Positions 55,437 to 64,000 of a stretch of DNA of 64,000 nucleotides are shown here, one piece after another. Position 1 is the first letter of the stretch; every line of letters starts with the position of its first letter. The stretch comes from Octopus vulgaris (lineage: Eukaryota): assembly GCA_951406725.2 (NCBI GenBank), contig OX597825.1, positions 37,324,001 through 37,388,000 of the forward strand. The letters are read 5' to 3'. Both the position numbers and the translations under genes were made by a program. A model generated the notes under the pieces. That model made no database searches. It saw only the letters and a program-made list of their open reading frames with translations, and was not told where the DNA came from.

Positions 55437-55636
55437 ACCGCGTGTGTACCGTTGGCGATTTTTTCCCTCCGTCTTCCCTTCTCTGGATCTTTCCTTTTCC
55501 TATGTTTCTGACGAAGAGCTCCGCTCGAAACGTAAAACCCCCTTTCTTCCCTTCCTTCCTGAGCGTCCAGGAATATTTGTTCCACGTCCTCGCGTTGTTG
55601 TGTTTTCTCTTTGTGTTTTCATGTTTGGATCAACTA
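55434..55636 (+). mobile_element. Hammerhead-bearing element of about 200 bp inserted in (TA)n
   Basis: TA repeats on both sides; hammerhead at 55504-55538; a related 3' piece at 5817-5880. Confidence 0.75.
55504..55538 (+). ncRNA. Intact minimal type I hammerhead ribozyme
   Basis: GTTT-CTGACGA-A-GAGC(TCC)GCTC-GAAAC-GT-A-AAAC: all core nucleotides present, stems I and II perfect, palindromic stem III. Confidence 0.85.
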
Positions 55637-56339
55637 TATATATATTATATATATACATATATATATATGCATACATATGCGTGCATGTATGCGTGTACGC
55701 GCGTGTATATGTATGTATGTATGTTTGCCTATTGTACGTATGTATCTCTCTATATGCATATATATATATATATATACGCACACATAATAGATTGAAGGAA
55801 CTTGCGTATGTCATTTCTGTGGAGCCAGCGGTTAATTGTGAAGCGAACACAAACTTCGATTTTTCGCAGAACGAAAATATGGAAATGCTTTTACGTGCTT
55901 ACATAATTCATAATCACAACCAATCTTTCTAATGTCTAAATATATTACAGAATTTCTCATTCACATTTTGTTGTGTATAAGTCTGATGAAGATAAGCTTG
56001 TTGAAACATAGAAGTTGGTGTCAATCAGTTACTTGAAAAATTAGTAAAATTGTACCCTACTAAAATGTATTGAGAAATACCCCTGTTTAATCATCAGTTG
56101 CTTTGAATATAATTTAACACAAAAACAAACATTAATACACACGCATACATATATATAAACGTACATATACACCTGCATACATACAAACATACATACACAC
56201 ATACATACATGCATACATACATACATACATACATACATACATACATACATGCATACGTACATACATATGTACATATACAACTCAGCCAATTATTCCTGGG
56301 TTATTATGAGTCCAATGACACAATGACTGATGAGCAGGC

Positions 56340-56890
56340 TGGTGGAAAGAAGGAAGTGTGAGGATGTGCCGATAACTTTTGATAAAAAACGCTATATAGT
56401 CTTAAGCGAAGAAACACAGTAAGAGACCTGCAACCGAATGACTTGATTATAGGAAGGGATTCGACACTAATCCCCACTCATGGTAGCCGAAATGCCTACG
56501 TTTGTTAAAAGTGCTACCTTCATTGAAATGCTCACAAAGGCCTGATCAAAATTCCTTAAATTTAGAACAGAGAGCGGATTGATCGTCCCGAATGTAATAA
56601 ATATTTCAAGGGGAATATTCTAAGGAGATAATCTTCCTGTTATTTTATTAATTATGCCATTAGATCTGTTATAATCCTGTTACATAATCAAATGCATGCG
56701 TCTGCAACTGCAAGAGATAATAATGTAACACAATTTCTTTGTAAATGACCTCAAGATTTATGTTTAAAATGTCAATAACGCTAGGTGGGATTAATCACAA
56801 TTTCAGTTGACTTAGGAATGGAATTTGGCCGAAAGGCATGTTCATATTTGATTGCTGAACGGGAAAAATCAGTTCTCCAGACACAAAATC
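56340..56890 (+). pseudogene. Decayed Dong-like RT fragment
   Basis: INISRGIF*GDNLP, FFVNDLKIY, DLGMEFG. Confidence 0.7.
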
Positions 56891-56929
56891 TGTGCATCAA
56901 TGGTCTTACTATATGCATCGCAATTGTGA

Positions 56930-57085
56930 GACCGTGGTTCCAATTCCTATACTGCGTCATGTGCTGTGTTCTTGAGCGAATCATTGCATCTCACCTTGTT
57001 CTGCGATCACTTCGACACCTGGCGGGTGTACACCACGCACTTTTTCAAGCATCAACTATTTGATGGTGAGAGTTAGCTAATTGTC
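56930..57085 (+). mobile_element. Diverged tRNA-SINE fragment
   Basis: GGTTCCAATTCC B-box-like followed by TGTGTTCTTGAGC. Confidence 0.4.
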
Positions 57086-57712
57086 ACTAACAAAACCTCC
57101 AACCCAACATCAACTCTCTGAAGGCTCCCATCATTAAAAAGTGAGCCGGGTATCTAGTGATCTCATGGTGAAGAGTTGTGGAGGTTTTAGTGCTGTGTGG
57201 AGGCCGTAATTGCAAACAATGGAAGTCACAGAGATAAATTATTCGTTTTGCAATTATATGTGAGTGAGTGTTAATCTATTTTTGAATTACTGAATCTATT
57301 AATGCGCAATGAGAGAGTTTCACATGTCCCAGCAACTGTGCAAGTTTTGTCTCCCCACCCTGTAATTTATGTTAAAGTAGTGGTTACGACGATAGCAATT
57401 TTTCTACTCTATATGCCACCGTATCTCTATCCATTGTGGTGTTACTCAGGCCCCAGCCCTAGCCCACAATGAATATTGAACAACACATTAAAATTCTCCT
57501 CTGGGTTTTGAGTTGAGCGGTTTCATTCTGCTCAAAGAACGGATGACCGTATGGGATGCTTTAAAACTTTCAATGGGAAAGTATCCACTTCATATTTCTC
57601 CTTGGACAATTTTCAGAAGGTTGCCGGGAAGTCTCATATCCTGGTATGAGACCTATGGGTAAAGTGGGTGATATGAGGAGAAAATATTGCATTATTATTA
57701 TTATTATTATTA

Positions 57713-57791
<79 letters not shown>

Positions 57792-59441
57792 CATTCAGCA
57801 GTATATTTTTTATATCGTGCTTTCACTTCACTACCGAGCACAGCTCTGTGTGCCTTGGGTATGTGCTGTGATTTTTTATGATGCTCTGATGGTTATTGTA
57901 TGGAAAGTGTTCTGCGTAGGATGTGTGCAGTGCCTAGTAGTGCAATTTTCTGTATGTTATATGTGTTTGTAAGTCCTGGTGTTCTTGTTATGTATTTGTA
58001 TGAATATTGTTTTATCATGCCTAATGCACCTATTATGATAGGAATTGTTTCTGTTTTTAGATTCCACATTCTGGTTACCTCTATTTCCGGGTCTTTGTAT
58101 TTTGAAAGTTTCTCTATTTCTTTTAATGACACGTTGTCATCCGCTGGTATTGATACATCAATTAGAAAACATTTTTTTTTCTTCATGATCTCTGACAACT
58201 ATATCTGGTCTGTTGGCCTTAATTTCTCTATCTGTGTGTATTGGCATATCCCAGAGTATGGTTGTTTTCTCGTTTTCTGTGACCTTTTCTGGTGTGTGCC
58301 TATACCATCTTTTTTCTGATTTTATACCATAATGTTGGCATAGTTTCCAGTGTATATAGGTCCCAACTCTGTCGTGTCTGTGAATATATTCCTTCTTAGC
58401 TAGGACTGGGCAGCCATAGATAATATGATTTATTGTTTCTTGTCCATCTCCACATATTCTGCAGTTACTTGTTATATTTCTTTTCATTACATGTTTTTGG
58501 TAATTTCTGGTGGGGAGGCTTTGGTCTTGTGCTGCAATTAAAAATCCTTCCGTCTCTGCTTTGAGTCCTGAGCTTCTCAACAACCATTATTGGGATTTTT
58601 CTTTGTCTATTTCTTTTGCATTTAATTTAGTCCAGTATTTACCATGAAGGGGCTTTTCTTGCCATCGTTTTATCATGGTTCGTTGCTGTTCTATTTTTAG
58701 TTTGGATTTCATTTGTTTTATAGCTTTTGTTGTTTCTTCATCTTCTTCTTCTTTTTCTTCATATTTGTTAGGTGGTATGATTTCTTGTTTGTATTTGTCA
58801 GCTTCCTTAAATACTGAGAACAGTTTCTTGTTTTGCTCGTGTTTTGCCGCTATTTGTATCAGTTTTCCTTGCTTCTGAAGTAGGTATTTTTTCAGTCCTA
58901 TGGTGGTTATTTTATAGTAGTTTTCCAGCTATATAAGGCCTCTACCACCATCTATACGTTGTATATATAGCCTTTCTATGTCAGATTTTGGGTGATGCAT
59001 CCTAGATCCTGTGATTATTTTTCTTGTTTTCCTATCTATTTTGGTCAGTTCATTTAGTGTCCAGTTAAGGATATGGTAGCTGTAACTTATAATTGGGACG
59101 GCTAAAGTGTTGATACCTATTATCTTGTTTTTAGCATTGAGCTCTGTTCTCAGTATTGATCTAACTCGTCTATAATATTCTTTTTTTATTTTCTCTTTCA
59201 TTTGTGTGTGTTGCGTCTTATCTAGTTCATGGATTCCTAAGTATTTGTAAGTTTGGCTTTGGTCTAATTCTTTTATTTCATTGGTTTTATCTAGTGTAAT
59301 GTTGCTACTCTTAACTAGTTTTCCTCTTTTCGGGGTTACTTTGGCGCATTTCTCTAATCCAAATTTCATATCTATTTCTTTGGTAAATCCATGAACTGTC
59401 TTTAGTAGTGTTTCCAGCTGTTTGTCATTTGTAGCTTTAGG

Positions 59442-59445
<4 letters not shown>
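57792..59445 (-). mobile_element. 5'-truncated Dong-like LINE (RT thumb, CCHC, RLE, 3' UTR) inside (TAA)n
   Basis: ORFs 58929-59369, 58158-58583 and 57893-58198 are collinear with the 31473 ORF; (TTA)n at 57691-57791 and 59444-59529. Confidence 0.93.
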
Positions 59446-59513
<68 letters not shown>

Positions 59514-59539
59514 GTATCATTATTATTATATGAAAATTC

Positions 59540-59960
59540 ACAGCTTATTTTGCTGGGTATGATGAAAACTGTCGGCTGTCTACATCCAGCAGACTATTGC
59601 ATGTTTCCGACTCGATGACTCTACCTTGTACTTCCTGCTTCAAGCCCCATATCTTATAAAGCTTCCAATGCAAAACTTTCATAACTTGATCATGTATTCT
59701 TCCTAGGCCAACTCGGAGCGTTCTGCAACGATTCGTACCACTGGTTAATCCCAATTTGCACATGCTCTAAATATACCGACACCTTCTATCCATACACATA
59801 TTTTCTCAGTTTATTTGCAGTACTTTATATGCAGTTGCAATAATAAAACACATTGTTTCTTTTCACAATATCCCTTTTTTTTACCCAAGCCCAGCGTATT
59901 CTTCCAATACTGACAATGTAAAGGTTTCGCATCAACCCCTTTCACGTTCACTTTGATATT
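59540..59960 (-). pseudogene. Older decayed Dong-like fragment
   Basis: KPLHCQYW and IHDQVMKVLHWKLYKIWGL resemble KPLHGKY and RHDRVG.YIHWKLC. Confidence 0.65.
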
Positions 59961-60029
59961 CCCGTATTTCACATTTCTTTCTCTCAATCATTTATGTAAA
60001 CCCTCAAAAAATTTTTGTCTGTCATTGTG

Positions 60030-60078
60030 ATGCCCTTTTCACAAGTCCGCTGCCTTAACCACTGGGCCATTGCGCCTC

Positions 60079-60079
<1 letters not shown>
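60030..60079 (-). mobile_element. tRNA-like SINE head fragment
   Basis: GGAGGCGCAATGGCCCAGTGGTTAAGGCAGCGGACT, with no T-arm or acceptor stem. Confidence 0.6.
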
Positions 60080-60172
<93 letters not shown>

Positions 60173-60295
60173 CACATATATATATGTATATATATAATAT
60201 GTTTATGAATTATGTACACACATACATATTTATTTGTATATATATATTTATAATCTGTTTATGAATTATGTACACACATACACACATATACATAT

Positions 60296-60326
<31 letters not shown>

Positions 60327-60355
60327 CATATATACATACATACATGCATGCATAA

Positions 60356-60413
<58 letters not shown>

Positions 60414-60915
60414 GAAGGTGTTGTGTGTGTATTGATACACACAATTGTGCATATACATCTTTGTAACTATCGAGCTATAAAATATATTTATGTAAGTTTA
60501 TATTCATAACGTTTGCCTGAAGCATTTGACACCTCTCATTCCTCATGAAAAGTGAAACTTTATTGCATTGAATACTGCATTAGCAAAACCTTAATATCTA
60601 ATATTTCATTACGTGCCAATGCTAGGAGGAATATATATGTAATATCTACACATAAATGTACGTATTACATTTATGAAAGTATGAACACACCTGCGCATAT
60701 GTAGTTTTATAAAATTTTATAAATTTGCGTATTTATCACGCAGTTGTACATTTTCTCAGTTGGTGTTTTTCTTTCTCGTTATTTGTTTATTTCTTTCGTT
60801 CTCTATTTCTTTTTCTCTCTCTCTCACTCTCTCCATTTATATATATATATATATATATATATATCTCCACAACCGAACACATACATAAATGCATGCACAC
60901 AGACGCTCTCATATA

Positions 60916-60947
<32 letters not shown>

Positions 60948-60989
60948 CCAATAAACATATATGTGTGCATATACATGTATTTAGGTATA

Positions 60990-61410
60990 AATAGGAATCT
61001 TAATCCTAACTTTCAAATTTTCCCTTTATATCAATGTTCACAGAACACCTCGGTTCTGCAAAGAATGAGTAAAGAAGCAACGTTCATCAATAAATATCAT
61101 CCACAACTCAACATGAGCACATAATATAGTATAGAACACTACTAACCTTACCATTAATACCACCAATTCCCATATATTCCATACACCATTCATATTACAG
61201 AATTACATCTACCCTATTGCACCCCCCCCCCCCAGAGCTACTTATTTCCCTTGCATATAATCTTTTTACTCAGGGACACCGTTTGGTAATCGGTGCGCAT
61301 TCAAAGCCAGTGAACAGAAATTGATGAAATCGGTATGACTTTGAATCCCTTTAACAATACAAAACAATGATTTTATTCCTCTTAATTCTACCTCAGTTCA
61401 TTTAATTGTA
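60990..61410 (+). mobile_element. PLE 3' end/pLTR, same family as 49160-49870, with a decayed hammerhead at 61299-61346
   Basis: RNLNPNFQIFPLYQCS..R..KEATFINKYHPQLN; GGTAATCGGTG..TTCAAAGC...GTATG.CTTTGAATC shared with the minus-strand copy. Confidence 0.8.
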
Positions 61411-61949
61411 TATATACATATATATATACATACATATGTGTATAGTTTACTGTTCCGTTAAGATAAGAATCAACAAGATTGTACTCCATCCATTGAGTGC
61501 AAATTTTCTTGTTATATACATTGTATTAAGATAAGAGCTACTAATCAATTATTGCCACTGAGACACATGCCAATTGTCTTCAATGAATCTCTAAGCACTA
61601 CTTTGAGTCTGATCACCTGCGGATGAACATGTATACAGCTATTTTTGAATCATATAAATACAATGTTGCGTATAATTGATGTAAAATCAGCAATTATCTA
61701 ATACTCTAATGATTCCCAATAAAGCCTCTTCACTCCATCGTCTCGTACTGAAATTTGTCCATACATACTCTAAGGATATTTGCTGTTTTTTATATGTGTG
61801 TCTAGTAATAGAAGTCCTATTGTATGATAGCATTTTGTTAACCGACACCCGGAGAAGGTCTTTGGAAACCATGCAATAAGGTTATTACCAAGATCATACT
61901 AAAATGTTTATATACATACATATCTGTCTGTCTATCTAAATACGATATA

Positions 61950-61996
<47 letters not shown>

Positions 61997-62387
61997 TATA
62001 TATATACACACACATACGTATGTATAAATATATTTCGATATAAAACAGAAACATACAAATATACTAATATAATTTGTTTTTGGATCAGTTCTCGATTATT
62101 TTCTTGTTTAGTACTTTTGTAATGTTTTCGTTATTGTAGTACTTTTATATTATTTAATTATTGCACTAATGGATGTGTACGTAATCACTCATAACACTTA
62201 AATTTACATTATATATATATACATACATACATATGTGTGTATGTGTGTGTGTGTGAGTGTGCGCACGTGTATATGCGTGTATACACACACACACGCACAC
62301 ACACACAGACATATATATAAGTAAAGGTTCATGTATATTTTCATTTTTGTTTAGGCTTACGCATACATTCTTCGGTATATATACACA

Positions 62388-62427
<40 letters not shown>

Positions 62428-63824
62428 ATATATGTGTGTGTGTGTACAAATATATATATCTATATAGATATATGTATATATGCACTTTCATATATATGTG
62501 CATTCATTCTGAAATACACATATAATTACGTAAATACACATACATGCGTTCATATACCAATATATACGTGCAGAGGAGAGAAACAGACAAAGAGAGATAG
62601 AGAGAGAGGGAGATAGAAAGGGAGAGAGAGGGAGAGAGAGAAAGAGTGAGAGAGAGAGAAAGAGTGAGAGAGGGAGAAAGAGAGAGAGATAGAGAGGGGG
62701 AAAGGCAGAGGGAGAGAGACAAAAAAAGAGAAGGGAGTGATAGAAATATAGTGATCGCGATAAATTGAGAAAGAAAAATTATGAGAGGGAAGGACAAGCA
62801 ATGGAGATGTGTTGTACGAATAATAAAAGCACAAAATATATGAAAATTGAAATAGAAATAAGTAACCAATCAGAAATGTGCATTCTACTCTTTCATATTG
62901 TATATAATTGAAGCGTTACATTAAACATTTTTATACTTATGGAATACTTATATTTTTCACTTTCTATTTCAACAGCATCTTAAAATATCAGTTACTGCTT
63001 TTCGCAAATACATTTTCATGCAATAAGTGCATCACCCTTATCAATTGTTAATATAAATGCATTCACTGGCACCGTATAAGCTATGTAAAGAAATTTTTGC
63101 TATCTCGGTTCTCTTCGAGATACGTGTTTATTTTCGGTTATGAACCAATAAAAGCGATACGAATGAAAGAAATGCAAAACGGAAACAATGGGTAAAAAAA
63201 ATCCACCCAAAGAAAGAGAGAATAAGCGGAACACAACATGATATGTTTCAAAAACTCAGTTAACAAAACTATCATTAAACTGAATTTTAAACATCTCTTT
63301 TACGGAAACATCTTCAAAAATTAAAAGCAAGATCTAACTTTATTTTAAGATATATATTGAAATCTACATACTGATTCACAACAATTCGCACGCATATCAA
63401 TGCATAGAGAGAAACATGCATCAATATGTACAGATACAGTCACAATGGTGATATATTGATATATGTATGTTTGAGTACTTATATGTTTATGTACCCAGCA
63501 TTCACTCTATATTGAGTGAGAAAACGGTATGGGCGGTTTTTTGGAGTCCAATAATACCCTGTACACCTATTTGATTATGAAGATTTACAAACATTCTTTC
63601 TCAGTGATACTCAATTTACCTACCATTATAAATAATACTAAATGTTCTTTTTCAGACCTTTCATAATGTGATAGAAGTCTTTGGTGTAGCAATTGCATGC
63701 GGCTGAAAAGGGCTTTAAACTATCTGTTATGTCGATTATACATTGATGTAAGAATAAGTTGTTTTATAATGCTCGAAACATGTGTACCGCGACATCCTTT
63801 GTGTTCTGTTTTTTATTTCATTTG

Positions 63825-64000
<176 letters not shown>

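Noticed and set aside
55981-56016. CTGATGA-A-GATAAGCTTGTT-GAAAC
   Set aside because: Weak stem II, no GUH site or stem I; at best a relic
60030-60079. tRNA gene
   Set aside because: Only a 5' half; it is a SINE head

Overview
AT-rich, microsatellite-saturated eukaryotic DNA. The SINE families and repeat content suggest an octopus (cephalopod) genome, which is an inference. No host protein-coding gene could be recognised, and nearly all short ORFs in the track are microsatellite artefacts. The window consists mainly of mobile elements. (1) A near-complete R4/Dong-like non-LTR retrotransposon at about 30577-34440 has RT (YMDD), a CCHC knuckle and a restriction-like endonuclease. It is broken only by a -1 shift in an A9 run and ends on (TAA)n. 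At least six truncated or decayed copies from other Dong-like lineages are present, several embedded in (TAA)n. (2) Several Penelope-like element (PLE) remnants (RT, GIY-YIG) and short microsatellite-embedded elements carry type I hammerhead ribozyme folds: one is intact at 55504-55538 and about six are degenerate. (3) There are four Tc1/mariner fossils, two with DD37D spacing, an RTE LINE 3' fragment and many tRNA-derived SINEs. (4) Two pairs of long inverted repeats each enclose a PLE remnant, and there are a 48-bp palindrome and exact direct duplications. Boundaries of decayed elements are approximate because they were read by eye.
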